The position numbers and the translations under genes were made by a program. Of a stretch of 32,000 nucleotides of DNA, positions 6,001 through 15,672 are shown piece after piece. The stretch is from contig NC_002939.5 in assembly GCF_000007985.2 (NCBI RefSeq), forward strand, positions 1,770,001 to 1,802,000, read 5' to 3'. Origin of the DNA: Geobacter sulfurreducens PCA. GTDB lineage: Bacteria; Desulfobacterota; Desulfuromonadia; Geobacterales; Geobacteraceae. Position 1 is the stretch's first letter; each line of letters starts with the position of its first letter. The notes beneath the pieces were generated by a model, which worked only from the letters and a program-made list of their open reading frames with translations, was not told the origin of the DNA and did not search any database.

Positions 6001-7950
6001 ATGCCATGGATTCAAGTGTACACGCCGGTCGCCGGGAGTCTCGGGTTGTCTGCCCTCGTGGCAGCTATCCCCCTCGTTGTCATCTTCGTCTGTCTCGCCC
6101 TGTTCAAGATGAAAGCCCATAAGGCGGGGCTCCTGGCACTTGCCTCAGCCATGCTCATCGCCATCACCGTCTGGGGGATGCCTGCAAAGCTGGCGGGACT
6201 TGCTACCGCCCAGGGGGCTGCCTTTGGCCTCTTCCCGGTCTTCTATATCGTGATAACCACTATATTTCTCTACAATATCACGGTTAAGGGAGGGCAATTC
6301 GAAATCATCCGGGCATCACTGGCCGGGGTGACTGCCGACCGGCGCCTCCAGGCACTGCTCATTGCATTCTGTTTTGGGGCGTTCATCGAGGGTGCCGCCG
6401 GGTTCGGCACGCCAGTGGCAATCGCGGGTGCAACCCTGGCGGGTCTCGGCTTTCAGCCCCTCTATGCCGCTGGGGTCTGCCTGGTGGCCAATACCGCGCC
6501 GGTCGCCTTCGGTGCCATCGGTATTCCGATTGTGGCACTGGCCGGGGTCATGGGGTACGGTGATGACGGCATGATGAAGCTTTCCACCATGGTTGGCCGC
6601 CAGCTGCCATTCATCTCCGTCATTATTCCCTTCTACGTCATCATGATCATGGTCGGCTGGAAAAAAACCATCGAGATCCTTCCCGCCATCATCGTCTGTG
6701 GCGTTACATTCGCTCTGAGCCAGTGGGCTACCGCCACCTACCTTGGCCCCTATCTGCCGGACGTCACCGCTTCGTTGGCCTCAATCATCGCACTAGTCCT
6801 CCTGCTGCGGGTATGGCAGCCCAAGACCATCTACACCTTCGCCCACGAGGCTCCCGTCACCGGCGCGACCGAACACCACTACACGACTGGCGAGGTGTTC
6901 CGTGCCTGGTCTCCCTATCTTGCGCTCACCGTGATGGTGCTTCTCTGGGGTATTCCCTCCATCAAGACCGTGCTGGACAAGAGTACTGTGGAGATCGAGG
7001 TGAAGGGGCTCCACAACATGATCGTCAAAAAGGTGGCCAAGCCCGAAGATACCCTTACTAAAATTGCTGCCGCCTCCGCCGAGATCGATCGCCAGTTGAC
7101 CCTGCTCTCGCCGGCCGATCCGAAGCAGGCCGCCATCGCTGCCAAACTTATGGAGCTCAAGGCGTTCGAAACCCAGCTCGCCGCGGTGGAGCAGGGGCTC
7201 GTGGGGCAGGGAGCTGTTCTTACCGATGAACGGCTCAAGGCCTGTGATATCGTGTCCAAAAAGATGGCCGAAACCCAGAAGCTCTGCAAGGAGCTCGTCA
7301 AGACCGCTGCTGTTCCCGCCAATCAGTTCAAGCCTCTTGACAAGGCACTGGCCGATCATCTCCCGCTGAAGGTCGCTGCAAAATACAAATTCAACTTCAT
7401 GTCTGCCGCCGGTACCGCCATTCTGATCGCCGCCTTCCTTTCCGCTCTGATCTGCGGGGTAGGCTTTGCCGACACCTTCAGAATCCTCGGCAAGACCCTC
7501 TATGACATGCGCTTCCCGGCTCTCACCGTTGCCTCGGTCCTTGGACTCGCCTATGTCATGAATGCATCGGGAATGACCAATTGCCTCGGCCTCATCTTCA
7601 CCAAGACCGGTCATTGGTTCCCCTTCATCGCACCGTTCCTCGGTTGGCTCGGCGTGTTTCTCACCGGTTCGGACACTTCGTCAAACGTACTTTTCGGCGG
7701 TCTGCAGAAAGCCACTGCCGAGCAACTCGGCATAAGCCCGATCCTAACCGGCGCAGCCAACACCAGCGGCGGCGTTATGGGCAAGATGATCTCTCCCCAG
7801 TCGCTGGCCGTGGCAACCGCGGCAACAGGCATGGTCGGGGAGGAGGGGACACTCTTCAGGTTTACTCTCAAACACTCGATCTTCCTTACGATTCTGGTCG
7901 GTATAATTGTCTACTTGCAGGCGTATGTGCTTCAGTGGATGATACCCTAG
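6001..7950 (+). CDS. lctP: L-lactate permease (LctP family) with a ~95-120 aa hydrophilic insertion
   Basis: 649 aa. AAAGGAGAG precedes the ATG. The protein is highly hydrophobic and multi-spanning, with LctP signatures (FCFGAFIEGAAGFGTPVAI, TGSDTSSNVLFG, NTSGGVMGKMISPQS). Confidence 0.9.
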   Translation: MPWIQVYTPVAGSLGLSALVAAIPLVVIFVCLALFKMKAHKAGLLALASAMLIAITVWGMPAKLAGLATAQGAAFGLFPVFYIVITTIFLYNITVKGGQFEIIRASLAGVTADRRLQALLIAFCFGAFIEGAAGFGTPVAIAGATLAGLGFQPLYAAGVCLVANTAPVAFGAIGIPIVALAGVMGYGDDGMMKLSTMVGRQLPFISVIIPFYVIMIMVGWKKTIEILPAIIVCGVTFALSQWATATYLGPYLPDVTASLASIIALVLLLRVWQPKTIYTFAHEAPVTGATEHHYTTGEVFRAWSPYLALTVMVLLWGIPSIKTVLDKSTVEIEVKGLHNMIVKKVAKPEDTLTKIAAASAEIDRQLTLLSPADPKQAAIAAKLMELKAFETQLAAVEQGLVGQGAVLTDERLKACDIVSKKMAETQKLCKELVKTAAVPANQFKPLDKALADHLPLKVAAKYKFNFMSAAGTAILIAAFLSALICGVGFADTFRILGKTLYDMRFPALTVASVLGLAYVMNASGMTNCLGLIFTKTGHWFPFIAPFLGWLGVFLTGSDTSSNVLFGGLQKATAEQLGISPILTGAANTSGGVMGKMISPQSLAVATAATGMVGEEGTLFRFTLKHSIFLTILVGIIVYLQAYVLQWMIP

Positions 7951-8043
7951 CGTCCCCTGTCGGTAGCCCTGCGAAGGGAGTTGGGACTAACCGCACGGCA
8001 CACGGGCTTCACCGTTGGGTAACCTTGCACCGGGAGAGCAGAT

Positions 8044-9417
8044 ATGGACGTTTCATTCATTAGCGAACTGAAGAGCATAGTCGGCGAGGAACACACCCTC
8101 GCCGACAAGGAAAGCCTCGCCTGTTACGGCTATGATTCAACGCCGGAGTATGAAAGCCGGCCCGGAGCGGTGGTCCTTCCCGCCAACGAGGAGGAGATCT
8201 GCCGGATCATGGCCCGCTGCCATGCCGCAGGGGTCCCCGTGACTCCTCGCGGCTCCGGAACCAACCTGTCCGGAGGCTCTCTGGGCCGCCCCGAAGGGGT
8301 TGTCGTTCAGACGAGCCGGCTGAACAGCATCGTTGAAATCGACGAGGAAAACCTGACCGCCACTGTCCAGCCCGGCGTCGTAACCAGCGCACTGCACCGG
8401 GCAGTGGAAGCAAAGGGGCTCTTCTATCCGCCCGATCCGGGCAGCATGAACATCTCCACCATCGGCGGCAACGTGGCCGAAAACGCCGGTGGCTTGCGGG
8501 GCCTCAAATACGGAGTCACTGCCGACTATGTCATGGGGCTCCACACCGCTCTACCCGACGGCAGCCTCCTGCGGACCGGCGGCAAAGCCGTAAAGGACGT
8601 TGCCGGCTATAACCTGAACCAGCTCCTCGTCTCTTCCGAGGGGACCCTCGGGCTCTTCACCGAAGTGACTGTTAAACTGATTCCCAAGCCCCAAGCCAAG
8701 AAGACGATGCTCGTCCATTTCCCGGTGCTGGAAAACGCGGCCCTGGCAGTCTCCCATATCGTGGCCGCCCGGGTCATTCCGGCCACACTTGAGTTCATGG
8801 ACCGGGTCACGGTCAAGTGTATCGAGGATTACGCCAAGGTGGGCCTGCCCCTGGATGTGGAGGCCGTGCTCCTCATCGAAGTGGACGGTCATCCGGCCCA
8901 GGTGGAGGAAGACGCAGTCGCGGTCCGGCGGATCTGCGCCGAGCACCATTGTTCGTCGTTCCAGACCGCGGCCGACGCCGACGAGGCTCTCAAGCTCGCT
9001 ACTGCCCGGCGGGTGGCCCTTTCGTCCCTGGCCCGGGTCAAGCCCACCACTATCCTTGAGGACGCCACTGTCCCCCGGAGCTGCATTGCCCCCATGGTCA
9101 AGTTTATCCAGGACACGGCCCGGAAGTACAATCTCACCATCGGCACCTTCGGCCATGCCGGCGACGGCAACCTTCATCCCACTTGCCTCACCGACGAGCG
9201 GGATAAGGATGAGATCGCCCGGGCTCACAAGGCGTTCGAGGAAATCTTTGATACGGCTCTCGCCATGGGGGGAACTATCACCGGCGAGCATGGCGTGGGG
9301 CTTTCCAAGAAAAAGTATCTCCCGCGGCTTGTGGGAGAGTCCGGGATACGGGTGATGCAGGGGATCAAGCAGGCATTCGATCCGACGGGAATCCTGAATC
9401 CGGGGAAGGTGTTCTAG
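8044..9417 (+). CDS. glcD: FAD-binding oxidoreductase, GlcD / D-lactate dehydrogenase family
   Basis: 457 aa. FAD_binding_4-type N-terminus (VVLPANEEEICRIMARCHAAGVPVTPRGSGTNLSGG). C-terminal FAD-oxidase domain (GHAGDGNLHP, GGTITGEHGVGL, FDPTGILNPGKV). Confidence 0.9.
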   Translation: MDVSFISELKSIVGEEHTLADKESLACYGYDSTPEYESRPGAVVLPANEEEICRIMARCHAAGVPVTPRGSGTNLSGGSLGRPEGVVVQTSRLNSIVEIDEENLTATVQPGVVTSALHRAVEAKGLFYPPDPGSMNISTIGGNVAENAGGLRGLKYGVTADYVMGLHTALPDGSLLRTGGKAVKDVAGYNLNQLLVSSEGTLGLFTEVTVKLIPKPQAKKTMLVHFPVLENAALAVSHIVAARVIPATLEFMDRVTVKCIEDYAKVGLPLDVEAVLLIEVDGHPAQVEEDAVAVRRICAEHHCSSFQTAADADEALKLATARRVALSSLARVKPTTILEDATVPRSCIAPMVKFIQDTARKYNLTIGTFGHAGDGNLHPTCLTDERDKDEIARAHKAFEEIFDTALAMGGTITGEHGVGLSKKKYLPRLVGESGIRVMQGIKQAFDPTGILNPGKVF

Positions 9418-9427
9418 GGAGTATTCG

Positions 9428-10678
9428 ATGGAATACGTAAAATTGATCAACTGCATGCGCTGCGGCATGTGTCTGCCCCAGTGCCCCACATACAAGGAGA
9501 CATTTCTGGAAACCGCCTCTCCCCGGGGGCGGGTGGCGCTCATGCGCAAGATCGAGGAGGGCGATCTCGAGGTGAGCGAGCGGCTGCTGGAATACCTCTC
9601 GCTGTGTCTCGACTGTCAGGCATGCGCCTCGGCCTGCCCCTGTGGGGTAAATGCCGGCGAGATGGTGGCTGGCTACAGGTGCGAACGCAGGGACGGGAAA
9701 GAGCTGTCGACGATGGAAAACCTCATCCTCAGAAGGCTTTTGCCGCATCCCGACCGGCTTGAGGCCGCAACGGCCCCCATGCGCCTCTATCAGCGGACAG
9801 GCCTTCAGAAGGTTGTCCGCAAACTCGGCATCCTAAAGATGTTTCCCCCAACCCTTGAGCGGATGGAAGGACTCCTGCCGGAGCTTCCGGTCAAGCCCCT
9901 GCGCCAGACCATCGACGAGGTGACCCCGGCGGTGGGACCGGAGCGCGGAACAATCGGCTTTTTTCTCGGCTGTGTCATGAGCCTGGTCTTTTCCGAGGCA
10001 AGCTATGCAACGGTGAAGCTCCTCTCATCGCTTGGCTATCGCGTCGTCACGCCGAAGGCCCAAAAGTGCTGCGGCGCCCCCAACATGCTGTCGGGCGATC
10101 GGGAGGGGCTTCTGGATGCGGCGCGGTTCAATGTGGATCTCTTTGCCGGCCATAGGCTTGATTTCATTGTCACCGACTGCGGTGGTTGCGGAGCCGAGCT
10201 CAAGAAATACGGCCATCACCTGGAAGATGACAGCCGGGCCGCGACCTTCAGTGCCCAGGTGCGCGACATCACGCAGGTCCTGGCCCTTCACGCCGACGAG
10301 CTGAAGGCGAAGCTTAACCCTCTGTCGCTCAAGGTGACTTACCACGATCCCTGTCACATCGCCCACTGTCAGGGGATACGCCAGGAGCCCCGCACGCTGC
10401 TCAGGATCGTGCCGGAGCTCGATTTCCGCGAGCTTCCCGAGGCCGATGCCTGCTGCGGCAGTGGTGGTACGTACAACATCGAGAAGCCGGAGATGTCCGA
10501 CCGCGTGCTGCGCCGCAAGGTGGAGAACATCAAGGCCACTGGGGCCGACGTTCTCGTCACTGCCAACCCCGGCTGTCTTCTCCAGCTTCGTAAGGCCTTG
10601 GCCCAGGAGACGCCGCCCATCCGGGTACTGCATGTCACTGAGGTGCTTGCAGCAAGCCTCTTGCCCCCATTACTCTGA
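9428..10678 (+). CDS. glcF: Fe-S oxidoreductase, GlcF-like partner subunit (2x 4Fe-4S motifs + 2 CCG domains)
   Basis: 416 aa. CMRCGMCLPQCP and CLDCQACASACP motifs, plus KCCGAP and ACCGSGG CCG motifs. The ATG is 10 nt after the glcD stop and is preceded by GGGAG. Confidence 0.88.
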   Translation: MEYVKLINCMRCGMCLPQCPTYKETFLETASPRGRVALMRKIEEGDLEVSERLLEYLSLCLDCQACASACPCGVNAGEMVAGYRCERRDGKELSTMENLILRRLLPHPDRLEAATAPMRLYQRTGLQKVVRKLGILKMFPPTLERMEGLLPELPVKPLRQTIDEVTPAVGPERGTIGFFLGCVMSLVFSEASYATVKLLSSLGYRVVTPKAQKCCGAPNMLSGDREGLLDAARFNVDLFAGHRLDFIVTDCGGCGAELKKYGHHLEDDSRAATFSAQVRDITQVLALHADELKAKLNPLSLKVTYHDPCHIAHCQGIRQEPRTLLRIVPELDFRELPEADACCGSGGTYNIEKPEMSDRVLRRKVENIKATGADVLVTANPGCLLQLRKALAQETPPIRVLHVTEVLAASLLPPLL

Positions 10679-10695
10679 ACAGTCACCAGCCGATT

Positions 10696-10717
10696 CGGGG
10701 GCAGTTGTTCGCCCCCG
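10696..10717 (+). terminator. Hairpin after glcF (weak terminator candidate)
   Basis: CGGGGGC-agttgttc-GCCCCCG, a 7-bp stem 18 nt after the stop. There is no T-run, so function is uncertain. Confidence 0.3.
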
Positions 10718-10848
10718 GATGTCCTGCTACACCAGTACGTTTGAATGCTCCTCTGACCGCTTGCTCAGGATAATACTGATTGCCTTCGGTTGAGCTATGG
10801 TGTATTCATATCCGGTCATATGATTAATGTCTCATCCGGAAGCCCGCC

Positions 10849-11574
10849 ATGAACTTCAAGCCGATCAAGCCCAAAAAAATATCAACCCAAATCGCCGAGC
10901 AGATCCGCAGCTCCATTCTTGCCGGCGAATTCACCCCAGGGGAAAAGCTTCCACCTGAGCGTGAGCTGGCAGAGATGTTCGGCGTTTCGCGTCCGTCGGT
11001 CCGCGAAGCCCTCAATATTCTGGCTGCAGCAGGTCTTGTGGAGTCGTACCAGGGGGGCGGGACTATCGTCAAATCCCTCATGGATGCCGCGTCTGGGCCG
11101 CCTCTGTCCGAGATTATCAAGGTCGAGCAGGAGAGGGCGCTGGATGTCATCGAAGTCCGCAAATGCATGGAGGCATGGACTGCCTATTATGCCGCCCAGC
11201 GTGCGCTACCCGATGATGTCCGTAAACTTGAAGGAATCGTCTGGAATATGGAGGCAAACCTTAACGGTCTCAAGCCTTCCGAGGATTTGGATGCCAATTT
11301 CCACATTGTGATTGCCCGTTCAACCCACAATGTGGTCTGGCTCCACCTGATGCAGACTATTTTCGAGGCCATGAAGGAGTTCCAGCGCAGTGTCTGGCGG
11401 GCCGTTTACCTTACCGAAGAGGACCACAGGACGCTCTTTGCTCATCATAAAGCCATCTTCGAGGCGATACGCGACAAAGATTGCGAGCGTGCCCGCAACG
11501 CCATGCTCGGCCATCTGACATTCGCCGAGAAGCGGAGCAGTATCTATGTAAACCAGTCCCGCCAGGACCGTTGA
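10849..11574 (+). CDS. GntR-family transcriptional regulator, FadR/FCD subfamily (LldR/PdhR-like)
   Basis: 241 aa. The N-terminal wHTH is LPPERELAEMFGVSRPSVREALNILAAAGLVES. The C-terminal helical FCD-type domain contains ANFHIVIARSTHN. It is the last gene of the lactate cluster. Confidence 0.88.
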   Translation: MNFKPIKPKKISTQIAEQIRSSILAGEFTPGEKLPPERELAEMFGVSRPSVREALNILAAAGLVESYQGGGTIVKSLMDAASGPPLSEIIKVEQERALDVIEVRKCMEAWTAYYAAQRALPDDVRKLEGIVWNMEANLNGLKPSEDLDANFHIVIARSTHNVVWLHLMQTIFEAMKEFQRSVWRAVYLTEEDHRTLFAHHKAIFEAIRDKDCERARNAMLGHLTFAEKRSSIYVNQSRQDR

Positions 11575-11591
11575 TAACTTTTCCGGCTTTA

Positions 11592-11644
11592 ACAAACAAA
11601 TAAGGGGCGCGCCGTTTCATGTGGCGCGCCCCCTTATTTGTTTG
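11592..11644 (+). terminator. Long-stem terminator after the GntR-family gene
   Basis: ACAAACAAATAAGGGGCGCGCC (11592-11613) pairs perfectly with GGCGCGCCCCTTATTTGTTTGT (11623-11644), a 22-bp stem with a 9-nt loop. The distal arm supplies the TTATTTGTTTGT run. Confidence 0.8.
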
Positions 11645-11683
11645 TGTGGGTAAGTATCGGCGTATAAGTGGTGAGCGTTAGGT

Positions 11684-11714
11684 AAAAGAAAAGGCCCATC
11701 AGTAGATGGGCCTT
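11684..11714 (-). terminator. Rho-independent terminator after tRNA-Leu
   Basis: The minus strand reads AAGGCCCATC-tact-GATGGGCCTT followed by TTCTTTT, starting 7 nt after the tRNA 3' end. Confidence 0.8.
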
Positions 11715-11720
11715 CAATGT

Positions 11721-11807
11721 TGGTGCGGTAGAATGGACTCGAACCATCACGGGGTAACCCCCGCCAGCCCCTCAAGCTGGTGCGTCTACCAATTCCGCCA
11801 CTACCGC
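11721..11807 (-). tRNA. leuU: tRNA-Leu (anticodon GAG), CCA encoded
   Basis: Hand-folded sequence: GCGGTAGTGGCGGAATTGGTAGACGCACCAGCTTGAGGGGCTGGCGGGGGTTACCCCGTGATGGTTCGAGTCCATTCTACCGCACCA. Acceptor stem GCGGTAG/CTACCGC. Anticodon stem CCAGC/GCTGG with loop TTGAGGG, giving anticodon GAG. Long variable arm CGGGG-GTTA-CCCCG (class II). T-loop TTCGAGT. Confidence 0.93.
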
Positions 11808-11913
11808 AAACCTTCTATTGTCTAAACAGTGATGATATCTGGTGCTTCGTCATCAAGAACTCACTTTTTAGCATTATCTTTACCTGGGTGTCAACTGCTT
11901 TTTTTAAAAATTC

Positions 11914-12282
11914 CTATTTTGCAGGTGCTGCCGGTGCCGGTACCGCCGGTTGCGCGGGAGCCGGCTGGGTCTGTTGAGGTTGTGCCGGTGGTGCAGCCGG
12001 TTTGGGAGCCGGAGCCGACACGCCTTTGGCGGGCATGATGGACGAGGTTTCCGCACGTCCGGACAGATACGCGAGGGTAAGGGATGTCAGCATGAATATG
12101 ATGGCCGCGGCAGTGGTGAGCTTGCTAAGGAAGGTTGTTCCCCCGCTGGCACCGAAGACCGACTGGCTGCCGCCCGCACCGAACGATGCGCCCATTTCGG
12201 CTCCCTTGCCAGACTGGAGCAAAACGATTCCGATAAGTGCAAGACAGACGAGAATGTGAAGAAACGTCAAAAAGATCATCAT
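11914..12282 (-). CDS. secG: Preprotein translocase subunit SecG
   Basis: MMIFLTFLHILVCLALIGIVLLQSGKGAEMGASFGAGGSQSVFGASGGTTFLSKLT..., the SecG signature, followed by a Pro/Ala/Gln-rich tail. I place the start at ATG 12282, with GGAG 8 nt upstream. The track's 12315 start adds 11 non-conserved residues. Confidence 0.88.
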   Translation of the reverse strand: MMIFLTFLHILVCLALIGIVLLQSGKGAEMGASFGAGGSQSVFGASGGTTFLSKLTTAAAIIFMLTSLTLAYLSGRAETSSIMPAKGVSAPAPKPAAPPAQPQQTQPAPAQPAVPAPAAPAK

Positions 12283-12369
12283 AATGCCAACTCCACTGTA
12301 TGTAGTAACCTGCAATCCATACCACAGGTTAGTTGAAAAGCCAAGTCCTAACTTGGCGTTCTTTCGTGT

Positions 12370-13125
12370 TTACATGCTGAACGAGGCAATCGCCGCAAAA
12401 GAGTCCGCCTTGAGGCTGGCTCCTCCCACCAGGGCGCCGTCGATATCGGGTTGGGTCATGAGCCCCTTGATGTTCTCTGGCTTTACGCTGCCCCCGTAAA
12501 GGATGCGAACCGCCTCTGCTGCCGGTTTGCCGAGAAGTTCGGACACCACCCCTCTGATGAAGGCGTGAGCCTCCTGGGCTTGGGCGTCCGTGGCGGTTTT
12601 TCCGGTGCCTATGGCCCATACCGGCTCATAGGCGATGATGACGTCTTTGAGGTCGTCGGCGGATAGCCCGGCCAGTCCGCCGTTCAGCTGCGTCCGCAGC
12701 ACGTCGAACGTCGTGCCTGCTTCGCGCTCTGCCAGGGATTCTCCGATGCAGGCAATGGCCGCGAGTCCTGCTTTGAGGGCGGCCTTGATCTTACGATTCA
12801 CGGTTTCATCAGTTTCGCCGAAATACTGACGGCGCTCCGAATGGCCGATAATGACGTGGCTGCATCCGGCATCCACGAGCATGCCCGGGGAAATCTCGCC
12901 GGTGTAAGCCCCTTCCTCTTCCCAGAAGCAGTCCTGGCCAGCGAGCTTGATGGCTGAGCCGTCCAGGGCGCCCTTTACGGCGGCCAGTACGGTGAAGACC
13001 GGAGCTACGACGATTTCGACCCCCTGGACGTCCTTCACCAGGGAAACAAGTCCATTGACCAGCTCACGGGCCTCGGCGCGTTTTTTGAACAGCTTCCAGT
13101 TTCCTGCAATCACAGGTGTTCTCAT
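12370..13125 (-). CDS. tpiA: Triosephosphate isomerase
   Basis: 251 aa: [38 protein letters not shown] lies upstream of the ATG. Confidence 0.95.
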   Translation of the reverse strand: MRTPVIAGNWKLFKKRAEARELVNGLVSLVKDVQGVEIVVAPVFTVLAAVKGALDGSAIKLAGQDCFWEEEGAYTGEISPGMLVDAGCSHVIIGHSERRQYFGETDETVNRKIKAALKAGLAAIACIGESLAEREAGTTFDVLRTQLNGGLAGLSADDLKDVIIAYEPVWAIGTGKTATDAQAQEAHAFIRGVVSELLGKPAAEAVRILYGGSVKPENIKGLMTQPDIDGALVGGASLKADSFAAIASFSM

Positions 13126-13136
13126 GGCCGCTCCTC

Positions 13137-14333
13137 CTATTTTCCGTTTTCTTCCAGCACCTTGATGCCGGGAAGTTTCTTGCCTTCGAGGAGCTCAAGG
13201 AAAGCGCCGCCGCCGGTGGAGATGTAGCTGATCTTGGCATATTCGCCGGCGCGGTGGACCGCAGAGTCGGTGTCGCCGCCGCCGACGATGGTAAGGGCGT
13301 AGGAGTTGGCCACGGCAGTCACCATGGCAAAGGTGCCGCGGGAGAAGGCATCCATCTCGAAAACCCCCATGGGACCGTTCCAGATGATGGTCTTGGCGCT
13401 CTGGAGTGCCTCGGTGAAGAGGGCAACCGTGGCAGGACCGATATCGAGAGCCATCCACTCTTCGGGGATTTCCTGAATGGTGGTTACCTTGGTCTCGGCC
13501 TCGGGGTTGAATCGATCGGCAGCCACGCAATCAACGGGGAGATAGAACTTGATTCCCTTTTCACGGGCTTTGGCGTAGGTTGAGCGGGCCGTTTCGATCA
13601 GGTCTTCCTCCACCAGCGACTTGCCCACGTTGTAGCCGAGGGCCTTCAGAAAGGTGAATGCCATGCCGCCGCCGATGATGATTTTGTCCACCTTGTTGAG
13701 AAGGCTTTCGAGAACTTCCAGTTTGCCCGAGACTTTGGCCCCGCCCAAGATAGCGACCAGGGGGCGAATCGGCTTTTGCATCGCCTTTTCGAAATAATTC
13801 ATCTCGTTCTTCATGAGAAATCCGGCCGCAACTACCGGAAAGAACTTTGTTATCGCTTCAACCGACGCATGAGCCCGGTGTGAGACGGCAAAGGCATCGT
13901 TTACGTAGATCTCACAGCCGTTGGCCAGTTCTCGGGCAAAGTTTTCGTCATTTTTCTCCTCACCTTCATAAAAGCGCACGTTTTCCAGCATGATGATGTC
14001 GCCGGATTTCATGGCATCGATCATCTGCCGTACTTCGCTGCCGATGCAGTCGGGCGCCAAGAGTACCTCTTTGCCCAGAAGCCGCGAGAGACGCTTTGCC
14101 GCCGGGGCCATGGAATACTTGGGCTTGCGCTCTCCCTTTGGGCGTCCCAGGTGAGAGGCGAGAACCACTTTCGCGCCGGCATCGAGGGCAAAGTTGATCG
14201 TAGGGAGGACCGCCCTGATGCGCGTGTCTTCAGTGATGTTCTGATGTTCATCCAAGGGAACGTTGAAGTCGACCCTGATGAAGACCTTTTTGTCTTTGAG
14301 TTCGGATATTTCGTCAATATAGCGGATTGCCAT
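13137..14333 (-). CDS. pgk: Phosphoglycerate kinase
   Basis: Start at ATG 14333 ([28 protein letters not shown]), preceded by GGGAGGAAACC. The track's 14396 start adds 21 residues that run into the upstream hairpin. Conserved motifs: [23 protein letters not shown]. Confidence 0.93.
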   Translation of the reverse strand: MAIRYIDEISELKDKKVFIRVDFNVPLDEHQNITEDTRIRAVLPTINFALDAGAKVVLASHLGRPKGERKPKYSMAPAAKRLSRLLGKEVLLAPDCIGSEVRQMIDAMKSGDIIMLENVRFYEGEEKNDENFARELANGCEIYVNDAFAVSHRAHASVEAITKFFPVVAAGFLMKNEMNYFEKAMQKPIRPLVAILGGAKVSGKLEVLESLLNKVDKIIIGGGMAFTFLKALGYNVGKSLVEEDLIETARSTYAKAREKGIKFYLPVDCVAADRFNPEAETKVTTIQEIPEEWMALDIGPATVALFTEALQSAKTIIWNGPMGVFEMDAFSRGTFAMVTAVANSYALTIVGGGDTDSAVHRAGEYAKISYISTGGGAFLELLEGKKLPGIKVLEENGK

Positions 14334-14400
14334 GGTTTCCTCCCGAGTAGATAGTGTCAGCAATGCAGGGGCGGGATCGGTTCGACTGGCGGGCAAAAAG

Positions 14401-14426
14401 AAAAGGGGGGATTGATCCCCCCTTTT
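14401..14426 (-). terminator. Intrinsic terminator/attenuator between gap and pgk
   Basis: The minus strand reads AAAAGGGGGG-atcaat-CCCCCCTTTTCTTTTT, about 14 nt after the gap stop. This probably gives partial termination, so gap is expressed above pgk-tpiA. Confidence 0.65.
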
Positions 14427-14439
14427 GCGCGTATCCGGT

Positions 14440-15495
<1,056 letters not shown>

Positions 15496-15500
15496 TCACA

Positions 15501-15529
15501 ATCATATAGAGTTGCGGGCCGAGCGTCAA
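15501..15529 (-). promoter_or_regulatory. Candidate sigma70 promoter of gap-pgk-tpiA-secG
   Basis: On the minus strand: TTGACG (15529-15524), a 17-nt spacer, then TATGAT (15506-15501), about 60 nt upstream of the gap ATG. Confidence 0.5.
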
Positions 15530-15672
15530 CCGTTTTGTGCCGTCAGAGCCGTTCTCTCGCTGCATCGGGCGAGACAGCCTCATGTATAAAAAAGATGAGA
15601 AGGTTATGAAAGTTGTGCTACTATAAGCCCGTCAAGAACGAGCGCTTTCTCCGTCCTTGTTCATACGGTTCC

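Noticed and set aside
10806-10823. Inverted repeat TCATAT-CCGGTC-ATATGA upstream of the GntR gene as an autoregulatory site
   Set aside because: It does not resemble the 16-bp motif repeated in the lut/lctP promoter region or the tnGTnnnACna core. A short AT-rich palindrome like this could occur by chance.
11645-11913. tRNA-Leu as a possible integration hotspot or genomic-island border
   Set aside because: There is no integrase, no direct repeat of the tRNA 3' end, and no compositional break. The flanking genes (gntR cluster, secG) are core genes, with normal terminators on each side.
11914-12050. Pro/Ala/Gln-rich C-terminal tail of SecG (..APAPKPAAPPAQPQQTQPAPAQPAVPAPAAPAK) as a possible novel domain
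   Set aside because: E. coli SecG also ends in a similar low-complexity Pro/Ala/Thr/Gln tail, so this is ordinary for the family.
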